From Azolla caroliniana (taxonomy: Eukaryota; Plantae; Polypodiophyta), in assembly GCA_043228905.1 (NCBI GenBank), contig JBHGNT010000101.1:25833-89832 (forward strand): a stretch of DNA of 64,000 nt, in the 5' to 3' direction. Below, piece after piece: positions 39,701-54,370 of this stretch; the stretch's first letter is position 1, and each line of letters begins with the position of its first letter. A program made the position numbers and the translations under genes. The notes under the pieces were generated by a model. It was not told the DNA's origin and made no database searches. It saw only the letters and a program-made list of their open reading frames with translations.

Positions 39701-42700
39701 GAAACTCACGTCGAGAGACATGATGAGATTACCAAATTTGAGGAGTGAGTTGAGAGAAGCCCTTGAGTAAATTAAAATGTTCATACCTGGCTCGTGTGAT
39801 ATCGGATTTTTGTGTTCAAACATTAGAATCGAAGCTAACAACGCTAGCTATGATATGGAATTAAAAAATCAAGATTTTGAAACTCAGGTCGAGAGACATG
39901 ACGAAAATACCAAATTTGAGAAGTGAGTTAAGAAGAGCTATGAGTTAAATTAAAATGTTCATACCTGGCTCGTGTGATATCGGATTTTTGTGTTCAAACA
40001 TGCGAATCGAAGCTAACAACGCTAGCTATGATATGGAATTAAAAAATCAAGATTTTGAAACTCATGTCGAGAGACATGATGAGATTACCAAATTTGAGGA
40101 CTGAGTTGAGAGAAGCCCTTGAGTAAATTAAAATGTTCATACCTGGCTCGTGTGATATCGGATTTTTGTGTTCAAACATGAGAATCGAAGCTAACAACGC
40201 TAGCTATGATATGGAATTAGAAAATCAAGATTTTGAAACTCAGGTCGAGAGACATGACGAAAATACCAAATTTGAGGAGTGAGTTAAGAAGAGCTATGAG
40301 TTAAATTAAAATGTTCATACCTGGCTCGTGTGATATCGGATTTTTGTGTTCAAACATGCGAATCGAACCTAACAATGCTAGCTATGATATGGAGTTAAAA
40401 AATCAAGATTTTGAAACTCAGGTCGCGAGACATGACGAAATTACCAAATTTGAGGAGTGAGTTAAGAAGAGCTATGAGTTAAATTAAAATGTTCATACCT
40501 GGCTCGTGTGATATCGGATTTTTGTGTTCAAACATGCGAATCGAAGCTAACAACGCTAGCTATGATATGGAGTTAAAAAATCAAGATTTTGAAACTCAGG
40601 TCGGAAGACATGACGAGATTACCAAATTTGAGGAGTGAGTTAGGAAGAGCTATGAGTTAAATTAAAATGTTCATACCTGGCTCGTGTGATATCGGATTTT
40701 TGTGTTCAAACATGCGAATCGAAGCTAACAACGCTAGCTATGATATGGAGTTAAAAAATCAAGATTTTGAAACTCAGGTCGAGAGACATGATGAGATTAC
40801 CAAATTTGAGGACTGAGTTGAGAGAAGCCCTTGAGTAAATTAAAATGTTCATACCTGGCTCGTGTGATATCAGATTTTTGTGTTCAAACATGGGAATCGA
40901 AGCTAACAACGCTAGCTATGATATGGAATTAAAAAATCAAGATTTTGAAACTCACGTCGAGAGACATGATGAGATTACCAAATTTGAGGAGTGAGTTGAG
41001 AGAAGCCCTTGAGTAAATTAAAATGTTCATACCTGGCTCGTGTGATATCGGATTTTTGTGTTCAAACATTAGAATCGAAGCTAACAACGCTAGCTATGAT
41101 ATGGAATTAAAAAATCAAGATTTTGAAACTCAGGTCGAGAGACATGACGAAAATACCAAATTTGAGAAGTGAGTTAAGAAGAGCTATGAGTTAAATTAAA
41201 ATGTTCATACCTGGCTCGTGTGATATCGGATTTTTGTGTTCAAACATGCGAATCGAAGCTAACAACGCTAGCTATGATATGGAATTAAAAAATCAAGATT
41301 TTGAAACTCATGTCGAGAGACATGATGAGATTACCAAATTTGAGGACTGAGTTGAGAGAAGCCCTTGAGTAAATTAAAATGTTCATACCTGGCTCGTGTG
41401 ATATCGGATTTTTGTGTTCAAACATGAGAATCGAAGCTAACAACGCTAGCTATGATATGGAATTAGAAAATCAAGATTTTGAAACTCAGGTCGAGAGACA
41501 TGACGAAAATACCAAATTTGAGGAGTGAGTTAAGAAGAGCTATGAGTTAAATTAAAATGTTCATACCTGGCTCGTGTGATATCGGATTTTTGTGTTCAAA
41601 CATGCGAATCGAACCTAACAATGCTAGCTATGATATGGAGTTAAAAAATGAAGATTTTGAAACTCAGGTCGCGAGACATGACGAAATTACCAAATTTGAG
41701 GAGTGAGTTAAGAAGAGCTATGAGTTAAATTAAAATGTTCATACCTGGCTCGTGTGATATCGGATTTTTGTGTTCAAACATGCGAATCGAAGCTAACAAC
41801 GCTAGCTATGATATGGAATTAGAAAATCAATATTTTGAAACTCAGGTCGAGAGACATGATGAGATTACCAAATTTGAGGAGTGAGTTGAGAGAAGCCCTT
41901 GAGTAAATTAAAATGTTCATACCTGGCTCGTGTGATATCGGATTTTTGTGTTCAAACTTGAGAATCGAAGCTAACAACGCTAGCTATGATATGGAATTAG
42001 AAAATCAAGATTTTGAAACTCAGGTCGAGAGACATGACGAAAATACCAAATTTGAGGAGTGAGTTAAGAAGAGCTATGAGTTAAATTAAAATGTTCATAC
42101 CTGGCTCGTGTGATATCGGATTTTTGTGTTCAAACATGCGAATCGAACCTAACAATGCTAGCTATGATATGGAGTTAAAAAATCAAGATTTTGAAACTCA
42201 GGTCGAGAGACATGACGAAATTACCAAATTTGAGGAGTGAGTTAAGAAGAGCTATGAGTTAAATTAAAATGTTCATACGTGGCTCGTGTGATATCGGATT
42301 TTTGTGTTCAAACATGCGAATCGAAGCTAACAATGCTAGCTATGATATGGAATTAAAAAATCAAGATTTTGAAACTCAGGTCGCGAGACATGACGAAATT
42401 ACCAAATATGAGGGGTGAGTTGAGAGAAGAGCTATGAGTTAAATTAAAATGTTCAAACAACGCTCGTGTGATATCGGATTTTTGTGTTCAAACATGCGAA
42501 TCGAAGCTAACAATGCTAGCTATGATATGGAATTAAAAAATCAAGATTTCGAAACTCAGGTCGAGAGCCATGACGAAATTACCAAATTTGAGGAGTGAGT
42601 TGAGAAGAGCTATGAGCTAAATCAAAATGTTCATACCTGGCTCGTGTGATATCGGATTTTTGTGTTCAAACATGCGAATCGAAGCTAACAACGCTAGCTA

Positions 42701-45700
42701 TGATATGGAATTAGAAAATCAAGATTTTCAAACTCAGGTCGAGAGACATGATGAGATTACCAAATTTGAGGAGTGAGTTGAGAGAAGCCCTTGAGTAAAT
42801 TAAAATGTTCATACCTGGCTCGTGTGATATCGGATTTTTGTGTTCAAACATGCGAATCGAAGCTAACAACGCTAGCTATGATATGGAATTAAAAAATCAA
42901 GATTTTCAAACTCAGGTCGAGAGACATGATGAGATTACCAAATTTGAGGAGTGAGTTGAGAGAAGCCCTTGAGTAAATTAAAATGTTCATACCTGGCTCG
43001 TGTGATATCAGAATTTTGTGTTCAAACATGCGAATCGAAGCTAACAACGCTAGCTATGATATGGAATTAAAATATCAAGATTTTGAAACTCAGGTCGAGA
43101 GCCATGACGAAATTACCAAATTTGAGAAGTGAGTTAAGAAGAGCTATGAGTTAAATTAAAATGTTCATACCTGGCTCGTGTGATATCGGATTTTTGTGTT
43201 CAAACATGCAAATCGAAGCTAACAACGCTAGCTATGATATGGAATTAAAAAATCAAGATTTTGAAACTCAGGTCGAGAGACATGATGAGATTACCAAATT
43301 TGAGGAGTGAGTTGAGAGAAGCCCTTGAGTAAATTAAAATGTTCATACCTGGCTCGTGTGATATCGGATTTTTGTGTTCAAACATGCGAATCGAACCTAA
43401 CAATGCTAGCTATGATATGGAGTTAGAAAATCAAGATTTTGAAACTCAGGTCGCGAGACATGACGAAATTACCAAATTTGAGGAGTGAGTTAAGAAGAGC
43501 TATGAGTTAAATTAAAATGTTCATACCTGGCTCGTGTGATATCGGATTTTTGTGTTCAAACATGCGAATCGAAGCTAACAACGCTAGCTATGATATGGAA
43601 TTAGAAAATCAAGATTTTGAAACTCAGGTCGAGAGACATGATGAGATTACCAAATTTGAGGAGTGAGTTGAGAGAAGCCCTTGAGTAAATTAAAATGTTC
43701 ATACCTGGCTCGTGTGATATCAGAATTTTGTGTTCAAACATGTGAGTCGAAGCTAACAATGCTAGCTATGATATGGAGTTAAAAAATCAAGATTTTGAAA
43801 CTCAGGTCGAGAGACATAACGAAATTACCAAATTTGAGGAGTGAGTTAAGAAGAGCTATGAGTTAAATTAAAATGTTCATACCTGGCTCGTGTGATATCG
43901 GATTTTTGTGTTCAAACATGCGAATCGAACCTAACAACGCTAGCTATGATATGGAATTAAAAAATCAAGATTTTGAAACTCAGGTCGAGAGACATGATGA
44001 GATTACCAAATTTGAGGAGTGAGTTGAGAGAAGCCCTTGAGTAAATTAAAATGTTCATACCTGGCTCGTGTGATATCGGATTTTTGTGTTCAAACATGAG
44101 AATCGAAGCTAACAACGCTAGCTATGATATGGAATTAGAAAATCAAGATTTTGGAACTCAGGTCGAGAGACATGATGAGATTACCAAATTTGAGGAGTGA
44201 GTTGAGAGAAGCCCTTGAGTAAATTAAAATGTGAATACCTGGCTCGTGTGATATCGGATTTTTGTGTTCAAACATGTGAATCGAAGCTAACAACGCTAGC
44301 TATGATATGGAATTAAAAAATCAAGATTTTGAAACTCAGGTCGAGAGACATGATGAGATTACCAAATTTGAGGAGTGAGTTAAGAGAAGCCCTTCAGTAA
44401 ATTAAAATGTTCATACCTGGCTCGTGTGATATCGGATTTTTGTGTTCAAACATGCGAATCGAAGCTAACAACGCTAGCTATGATATGGAATTAGAAAATC
44501 AAGATTTTGAAACTCAGGTCGAGAGACATGATGAGATTACCAAATTTGAGGACTGAGTTGAGAAGAGCTATGAGTTAAATTAAAATGTTCATACCTGGCT
44601 CGTGTGATATCAGAATTTTGTGTTCAAACATGTGAGTCGAAGCTAACATTGCTAGCTATGATATGGAGTTAAAAAATCAAGATTTTGAAACTCAGGTCGA
44701 GAGCCACGACGAAATTACCAAATTTGAGGAGTGAGTTAAGAAGAGCTATGAGTTAAATTAAAATGTTCATACCTGGCTCGTGTGATATCGGATTTTTGTG
44801 TTCAAGCATGCAAATCGAAGCTAACTACGCTAGCTATGATATGGAATTAAAAAATCAAGATTTTGAAACTCCGGTCGAGAGACATGATGAGATTACCAAA
44901 TTTGAGGCCTGAGTTGAGAGAAGCCCTTGAGTAAATTAAAATGTTCATACCTGGCTCGTGTGATATCAGATTTTTGTATTCAAACATGGGAATCGAAGCT
45001 AACAACGCTAGCTATGATATGGAATTAAAAAATCAAGATTTTGAAACTCAGGTCGAGAGACATGATGAGATTACCAAATTTGAGGAGTGAGTTGAGAGAA
45101 GCCCTTGAGTAAATTAAAATGTTCATACCTGGCTCGTGTGATATCGGATTTTTGTGTTCAAACATGCGAATCGAAGCTAACAACGCTAGCTATGATATGG
45201 AATTAAAAAATCAAGATTTTCAAACTCAGGTCGAGAGACATGATGAGATTACCAAATTTGAGGAGTGAGTTGAGAGAAGCCCTTGAGTAAATTAAAATGT
45301 TCATACCTGGCTCGTGTGATATCGGATTTTTGTGTTCAAACATGCGAATCGAAGCTAACAACGCTAGATATGATATGGAATTAAAAAATCAAGATTTTCA
45401 AACTCAGGTCGAGAGACATGATGAGATTACCAAATTTGAGGAGTGAGTTGAGAGAAGCCCTTGAGTAAATTAAAATGTTCATACCTGGCTCGTGTGATAT
45501 CGGATTTTTGTGTTCAAACATGCGAATCGAAGCTAACAACGCTAGCTATGATATGGAATTAAAAAATCAAGATTTCCAAACTCAGGTCGAGAGACATGAT
45601 GAGATTACCAAATTTGAGGAGTGAGTTGAGAGAAGCCCTTGAGTAAATTAAAATGTTCATACCTGGCTCGTGTGATATCGGATTTTTGTGTTCAAACATG

Positions 45701-48700
45701 CGAATCGAAGCTAACAACGCTAGCTATGATATGGAATTAAAAAATCAAGATTTTCAAACTCAGGTCGAGAGGCATGATGAGATTACCAAATTTGAGGACT
45801 GAGTTGAGAGAAGCCCTTGAGTAAATTAAAATGTTCATACCTGGCTCGTGTGATATCAGAATTTTGTGTTCAAACATGCGAATCGAAGCTAACAACGCTA
45901 GCTATGATATGGAATTAAAAAATCAAGATTTTGAAACTCAGGTCGCGAGACATGACGAAATTACCAAATTTGAGGAGTGAGTTGAGAGAAGCCCTTGAGT
46001 AAATTAAAATGTGAATACCTGGCTCGTGTGATATCGGATTTTTGTGTTCAAACATGTGAATCGAAGCTAACAACGCTAGCTATGATATGGAATTAAAAAA
46101 TCAAGATTTTGAAACTCAGGTCGAGAGACATGATGAGATTACCAAATTTGAGGAGTGAGTTAAGAGAAGCCCTTCAGTAAATTAAAATGTTCATTCCTGG
46201 CTCGTGTGATATCGGATTTTTGTGTTCAAACATGCGAATCGAAGCTAACAACGCTAGCTATGATATGGAATTAGAAAATCAAGATTTTGAAACTCAGGTC
46301 GAGAGACATGATGAGATTACCAAATTTGAGGACTGAGTTGAGAGAAGCCCTTGAGTAAATTAAAATGTTCATACCTGGCTCGTGTGATATCAGAATTTTG
46401 TGTTCAAACATGTGAGTCGAAGCTAACATTGCTAGCTATGATATGGAGTTAAAAAATCAAGATTTTGAAACTCAGGTCGAGAGCCACGACGAAATTACCA
46501 AATTTGAGGAGTGAGTTAAGAAGAGCTATGAGTTAAATTAAAATGTTCATACCTGGCTCGTGTGATATCGGATTTTTGTGTTCAAGCATGCAAATCGAAG
46601 CTAACTACGCTAGCTATGATATGGAATTAGAAAATCAAGATTTTGAAACTCCGGTCGAGAGACATGATGAGATTACCAAATTTGAGGACTGAGTTGAGAG
46701 AAGCCCTTGAGTAAATTAAAATGTTCATACCTGGCTCGTGTGATATCAGATTTTTGTGTTCAAACATGGGAATCGAAGCTAACAACGCTAGCTATGATAT
46801 GGAATTAAAAAATCAAGATTTTGAAACTCAGGTCGAGAGACATGATGAGATTACCAAATTTGAGGAGTGAGTTGAGAGAAGCCCTTGAGTAAATTAAAAT
46901 GTTCATACCTGGCTCGTGTGATATCGGATTTTTGTGTTCAAACATTAGAATCGAAGCTAACAACGCTAGCTATGATATGGAATTAAAAAATCAAGATTTT
47001 GAAACTCAGGTCGAGAGACATGACGAAAATACCAAATTTGAGAAGTGAGTTAAGAAGAGCTATGAGTTAAATTAAAATGTTCATACCTGGCTCGTGTGAT
47101 ATCGGATTTTTGTGTTCAAACATGCGAATCGAAGCTAACAACGCTAGCTATGATATGGAATTAAAAAATCAAGATTTTGAAACTCAGGTCGAGAGACATG
47201 ATGAGATTACCAAATTTGAGGACTGAGTTGAGAGAAGCCCTTGAGTAAATTAAAATGTTCATACCTGGCTCGTGTGATATCGGATTTTTGTGTTCAAACA
47301 TGAGAATCGAAGCTAACAACGCTAGCTATGATATGGAATTAGAAAATCAAGATTTTGAAACTCAGGTCGAGAGACATGACGAAAATACCAAATTTGAGGA
47401 GTGAGTTAAGAAGAGCTATGAGTTAAATTAAAATGTTCATACCTGGCTCGTGTGATATCGGATTTTTGTGTTCAAACATGCGAATCGAACCTAACAATGC
47501 TAGCTATGATATGGAGTTAAAAAATCAAGATTTTGAAACTCAGGTCGCGAGACATGACGAAATTACCAAATTTGAGGAGTGAGTTAAGAAGAGCTATGAG
47601 TTAAATTAAAATGTTCATACCTGGCTCGTGTGATATCGGATTTTTGTGTTCAAACATGCGAATCGAAGCTAACAACGCTAGCTATGATATGGAATTAGAA
47701 AATCAAGATTTTGAAACTCAGGTCGAGAGACATGATGAGATTACCAAATTTTAGGAGTGAGTTGAGAGAAGCCCTTGAGTAAATTAAAATGTTCATACCT
47801 GGCTCGTGTGATATCGGATTTTTGTGTTCAAACATGAGAATCGAAGCTAACAACGCTAGCTATGATATGGAATTAGAAAATCAAGATTTTGAAACTCAGG
47901 TCGAGAGACATGACGAAAATACCAAATTTGAGGAGTGAGTTAAGAAGAGCTATGAGTTAAATTAAAATGTTCATACCTGGCTCGTGTGATATCGGATTTT
48001 TGTGTTCAAACATGCGAATCGAACCTAACAATGCTAGCTATGATATGGAGTTAAAAAATCAAGATTTTGAAACTCAGGTCGAGAGACATGACGAAATTAC
48101 CAAATTTGAGGAGTGAGTTAAGAAGAGCTATGAGTTAAATTAAAATGTTCATACCTGGCTCGTGTGATATCGGATTTTTGTGTTCAAACATGCGAATCGA
48201 AGCTAACAATGCTAGCTATGATATGGAATTAAAAAATCAAGATTTTGAAACTCAGGTCGCGAGACATGACGAAATTACCAAATATGAGGGGTGAGTTGAG
48301 AGAAGAGCTATGAGTTAAATTAAAATGTTCAAACAACGCTCGTGTGATATCGGATTTTTGTGTTCAAACATGCGAATCGAAGCTAACAATGCTAGCTATG
48401 ATATGGAATTAAAAAATCAAGATTTCGAAACTCAGGTCGAGAGCCATGACGAAATTACCAAATTTGAGGAGTGAGTTGAGAAGAGCTATGAGCTAAATCA
48501 AAATGTTCATACCTGGCTCGTGTGATATCGGATTTTTGTGTTCAAACATGCGAATCGAAGCTAACAACGCTAGCTATGATATGGAATTAGAAAATCAAGA
48601 TTTTCAAACTCAGGTCGAGAGACATGATGAGATTACCAAATTTGAGGAGTGAGTTGAGAGAAGCCCTTGAGTAAATTAAAATGTTCATACCTGGCTCGTG

Positions 48701-51350
48701 TGATATCGGATTTTTGTGTTCAAACATGCGAATCGAAGCTAACAACGCTAGCTATGATATGGAATTAAAAAATCAAGATTTTCAAACTCAGGTCGAGAGA
48801 CATGATGAGATTACCAAATTTGAGGAGTGAGTTGAGAGAAGCCCTTGAGTAAATTAAAATGTTCATACCTGGCTCGTGTGATATCAGAATTTTGTGTTCA
48901 AACATGCGAATCGAAGCTAACAACGCTAGCTATGATATGGAATTAAAATATCAAGATTTTGAAACTCAGGTCGAGAGCCATGACGAAATTACCAAATTTG
49001 AGAAGTGAGTTAAGAAGAGCTATGAGTTAAATTAAAATGTTCATACCTGGCTCGTGTGATATCGGATTTTTGTGTTCAAACATGCAAATCGAAGCTAACA
49101 ACGCTAGCTATGATATGGAATTAAAAAATCAAGATTTTGAAACTCAGGTCGAGAGACATGATGAGATTACCAAATTTGAGGAGTGAGTTGAGAGAAGCCC
49201 TTGAGTAAATTAAAATGTTCATACCTGGCTCGTGTGATATCGGATTTTTGTGTTCAAACATGCGAATCGAACCTAACAATGCTAGCTATGATATGGAGTT
49301 AGAAAATCAAGATTTTGAAACTCAGGTCGCGAGACATGACGAAATTACCAAATTTGAGGAGTGAGTTAAGAAGAGCTATGAGTTAAATTAAAATGTTCAT
49401 ACCTGGCTCGTGTGATATCGGATTTTTGTGTTCAAACATGCGAATCGAAGCTAACAACGCTAGCTATGATATGGAATTAGAAAATCAAGATTTTGAAACT
49501 CAGGTCGAGAGACATGATGAGATTACCAAATTTGAGGAGTGAGTTGAGAGAAGCCCTTGAGTAAATTAAAATGTTCATACCTGGCTCGTGTGATATCAGA
49601 ATTTTGTGTTCAAACATGTGAGTCGAAGCTAACAATGCTAGCTATGATATGGAGTTAAAAAATCAAGATTTTGAAACTCAGGTCGAGAGACATAACGAAA
49701 TTACCAAATTTGAGGAGTGAGTTAAGAAGAGCTATGAGTTAAATTAAAATGTTCATACCTGGCTCGTGTGATATCGGATTTTTGTGTTCAAACATGCGAA
49801 TCGAACCTAACAACGCTAGCTATGATATGGAATTAAAAAATCAAGATTTTGAAACTCAGGTCGAGAGACATGATGAGATTACCAAATTTGAGGAGTGAGT
49901 TGAGAGAAGCCCTTGAGTAAATTAAAATGTTCATACCTGGCTCGTGTGATATCGGATTTTTGTGTTCAAACATGAGAATCGAAGCTAACAACGCTAGCTA
50001 TGATATGGAATTAGAAAATCAAGATTTTGAAACTCAGGTCGAGAGACATGATGAGATTACCAAATTTGAGGAGTGAGTTGAGAGAAGCCCTTGAGTAAAT
50101 TAAAATGTGAATACCTGGCTCGTGTGATATCGGATTTTTGTGTTCAAACATGTGAATCGAAGCTAACAACGCTAGCTATGATATGGAATTAAAAAATCAA
50201 GATTTTGAAACTCAGGTCGAGAGACATGATGAGATTACCAAATTTGAGGAGTGAGTTAAGAGAAGCCCTTCAGTAAATTAAAATGTTCATACCTGGCTCG
50301 TGTGATATCGGATTTTTGTGTTCAAACATGCGAATCGAAGCTAACAACGCTAGCTATGATATGGAATTAGAAAATCAAGATTTTGAAACTCAGGTCGAGA
50401 GACATGATGAGATTACCAAATTTGAGGACTGAGTTGAGAAGAGCTATGAGTTAAATTAAAATGTTCATACCTGGCTCGTGTGATATCAGAATTTTGTGTT
50501 CAAACATGTGAGTCGAAGCTAACATTGCTAGCTATGATATGGAGTTAAAAAATCAAGATTTTGAAACTCAGGTCGAGAGCCACGACGAAATTACCAAATT
50601 TGAGGAGTGAGTTAAGAAGAGCTATGAGTTAAATTAAAATGTTCATACCTGGCTCGTGTGATATCGGATTTTTGTGTTCAAGCATGCAAATCGAAGCTAA
50701 CTACGCTAGCTATGATATGGAATTAAAAAATCAAGATTTTGAAACTCCGGTCGAGAGACATGATGAGATTACCAAATTTGAGGCCTGAGTTGAGAGAAGC
50801 CCTTGAGTAAATTAAAATGTTCATACCTGGCTCGTGTGATATCAGATTTTTGTATTCAAACATGGGAATCGAAGCTAACAACGCTAGCTATGATATGGAA
50901 TTAAAAAATCAAGATTTTGAAACTCAGGTCGAGAGACATGATGAGATTACCAAATTTGAGGAGTGAGTTGAGAGAAGCCCTTGAGTAAATTAAAATGTTC
51001 ATACCTGGCTCGTGTGATATCGGATTTTTGTGTTCAAACATGCGAATCGAAGCTAACAACGCTAGCTATGATATGGAATTAAAAAATCAAGATTTTCAAA
51101 CTCAGGTCGAGAGACATGATGAGATTACCAAATTTGAGGAGTGAGTTGAGAGAAGCCCTTGAGTAAATTAAAATGTTCATACCTGGCTCGTGTGATATCG
51201 GATTTTTGTGTTCAAACATGCGAATCGAAGCTAACAACGCTAGCTATGATATGGAATTAAAAAATCAAGATTTTCAAACTCAGGTCGAGAGACATGATGA
51301 GATTACCAAATTTGAGGAGTGAGTTGAGAGAAGCCCTTGAGTAAATTAAA
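38700..51350 (+). repeat. Large tandem block duplication with offset 5876 bp (33 monomers + 2 bp); first copy later expanded by 7 monomers
   Basis: GTTCAAACAACGCTC at 42451 and 48327; CATTAGAATC at 41067 and 46943; AGGCCTGAG at 44905 and 50781; ATTCCTGG at 39071 and ~46193 (7122 = 40x178+2). Confidence 0.88.
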
Positions 51351-54300
51351 ATGTTCATACCTGGCTTGTGTGATATCAGAATTTTGTGTTCAAACATGCG
51401 AATCGAAGCTAACAACGCTAGCTATGATATGGAATTAAAAAATCAAGATTTTGAAACTCAGGTCGCGAGATATGACGAAATTACCAAATTTGAGGAGTGA
51501 GTTGAGAGAAGCCCTTGAGTAAATTAAAATGTTCATACCTGGCTCGTGTGATATCGGATTTTTGTGTTCAAACATGTGAATCGAAGCTAACAACGCTAGC
51601 TATGATATGGAATTAAAAAATCAAGATTTTGAAACTCAGGTCGAGAGCCACGACGAAATTACCAAATTTGAGGAGTGAGTTAAGAAGAGCTATGAGTTAA
51701 ATTAAAATGTTCATACCTGGCTCGTGTGATATCGGATTTTTGTGTTCAAGCATGCAAATCGAAGCTAACTACGCTAGCTATGATATGGAATTAAAAAATC
51801 AAGATTTTGAATCTCCGGTCGAGAGACATGATGAGATTACCAAATTTGAGGCCTGAGTTGAGAGAAGCCCTTGAGTAAATTAAAATGTTCATACCTGGCT
51901 CGTGTGATATCGGATTTTTGTGTTCAAACATGCGAATCGAAGCTAACAACGCTAGCTATGATATGGAATTAGAAAATCAAGATTTTGAAACTCAGGTCGA
52001 GAGACATGATGAGATTACCAAATTTGAGGAGTGAGTTGAGAGAAGCCCTTGAGTAAATTAAAATGTTCATACCTGGCTCGTGTGATATCAGAATTTTGTG
52101 TTCAAACATGTGAGTCGAAGCTAACAATGCTAGCTATGATATGGAGTTAAAAAATCAAGATTTTGAAACTCAGGTCGAGAGACATAACGAAATTACCAAA
52201 TTTGAGGAGTGAGTTAAGAAGAGCTATGAGTTAAATTAAAATGTTCATACCTGGCTCGTGTGATATCGGATTTTTGTGTTCAAACATGCGAATCGAACCT
52301 AACAACGCTAGCTATGATATGGAATTAAAAAATCAAGATTTTGAAACTCAGGTCGAGAGACATGATGAGATTACCAAATTTGAGGAGTGAGTTGAGAGAA
52401 GCCCTTGAGTAAATTAAAATGTTCATACCTGGCTCGTGTGATATCGGATTTTTGTGTTCAAACATGAGAATCGAAGCTAACAACGCTAGCTATGATATGG
52501 AATTAGAAAATCAAGATTTTGAAACTCAGGTCGAGAGACATGATGAGATTACCAAATTTGAGGAGTGAGTTGAGAGAAGCCCTTGAGTAAATTAAAATGT
52601 GAATACCTGGCTCGTGTGATATCGGATTTTTGTGTTCAAACATGTGAATCGAAGCTAACAACGCTAGCTATGATATGGAATTAAAAAATCAAGATTTTGA
52701 AACTCAGGTCGAGAGACATGATGAGATTACCAAATTTGAGGAGTGAGTTAAGAGAAGCCCTTCAGTAAATTAAAATGTTCATACCTGGCTCGTGTGATAT
52801 CGGATTTTTGTGTTCAAACATGCGAATCGAAGCTAACAACGCTAGCTATGATATGGAATTAGAAAATCAAGATTTTGAAACTCAGGTCGAGAGACATGAT
52901 GAGATTACCAAATTTGAGGACTGAGTTGAGAAGAGCTATGAGTTAAATTAAAATGTTCATACCTGGCTCGTGTGATATCAGAATTTTGTGTTCAAACATG
53001 TGAGTCGAAGCTAACATTGCTAGCTATGATATGGAGTTAAAAAATCAAGATTTTGAAACTCAGGTCGAGAGCCACGACGAAATTACCAAATTTGAGGAGT
53101 GAGTTAAGAAGAGCTATGAGTTAAATTAAAATGTTCATACCTGGCTCGTGTGATATCGGATTTTTGTGTTCAAGCATGCAAATCGAAGCTAACTACGCTA
53201 GCTATGATATGGAATTAAAAAATCAAGATTTTGAAACTCCGGTCGAGAGACATGATGAGATTACCAAATTTGAGGCCTGAGTTGAGAGAAGCCCTTGAGT
53301 AAATTAAAATGTTCATACCTGGCTCGTGTGATATCAGATTTTTGTATTCAAACATGGGAATCGAAGCTAACAACGCTAGCTATGATATGGAATTAAAAAA
53401 TCAAGATTTTGAAACTCCGGTCGAGAGACATGATGAGATTACCAAATTTGAGGAGTGAGTTGAGAGAAGCCCTTGAGTAAATTAAAATGTTCATACCTGG
53501 CTCGTGTGATATCGGATTTTTGTGTTCAAACATGCGAATCGAAGCTAACAACGCTAGCTATGATATGGAATTAAAAAATCAAGATTTTCAAACTCAGGTC
53601 GAGAGACATGATGAGATTACCAAATTTGAGGAGTGAGTTGAGAGAAGCCCTTGAGTAAATTAAAATGTTCATACCTGGCTCGTGTGATATCGGATTTTTG
53701 TGTTCAAACATGCGAATCGAAGCTAACAACGCTAGCTATGATATGGAATTAAAAAATCAAGATTTTCAAACTCAGGTCGAGAGACATGATGAGATTACCA
53801 AATTTGAGGAGTGAGTTGAGAGAAGCCCTTGAGTAAATTAAAATGTTCATACCTGGCTTGTGTGATATCAGAATTTTGTGTTCAAACATGCGAATCGAAG
53901 CTAAGAACGCTAGCTATGATATGGAATTAAAAAATCAAGATTTTGAAACTCAGGTCGCGAGATATGACGAAATTACCAAATTTGAGGAGTGAGTTGAGAG
54001 AAGCCCTTGAGTAAATTAAAATGTTCATACCTGGCTCGTGTGATATCGGATTTTTGTGTTCAAACATGTGAATCGAAGCTAACAACGCTAGCTATGATAT
54101 GGAATTAAAAAATCAAGATTTTGAAACTCAGGTCGAGAGCCACGACGAAATTACCAAATTTGAGGAGTGAGTTAAGAAGAGCTATGAGTTAAATTAAAAT
54201 GTTCATACCTGGCTCGTGTGATATCGGATTTTTGTGTTCAAGCATGCAAATCGAAGCTAACTACGCTAGCTATGATATGGAATTAAAAAATCAAGATTTT

Positions 54301-54370
54301 GAATCTCCGGTCGAGAGATATGATGAGATTACCAAATTTGAGGCCTGAGTTGAGAGAAGCCCTTGAGTAA
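49390..54370 (+). repeat. 14-monomer tandem duplication (offset 2492 bp)
   Basis: TGTATTC at 50851 and 53343; GAATCTCCGG at 51809 and 54301; GCGAGATATG at ~51466 and ~53958. Confidence 0.88.
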
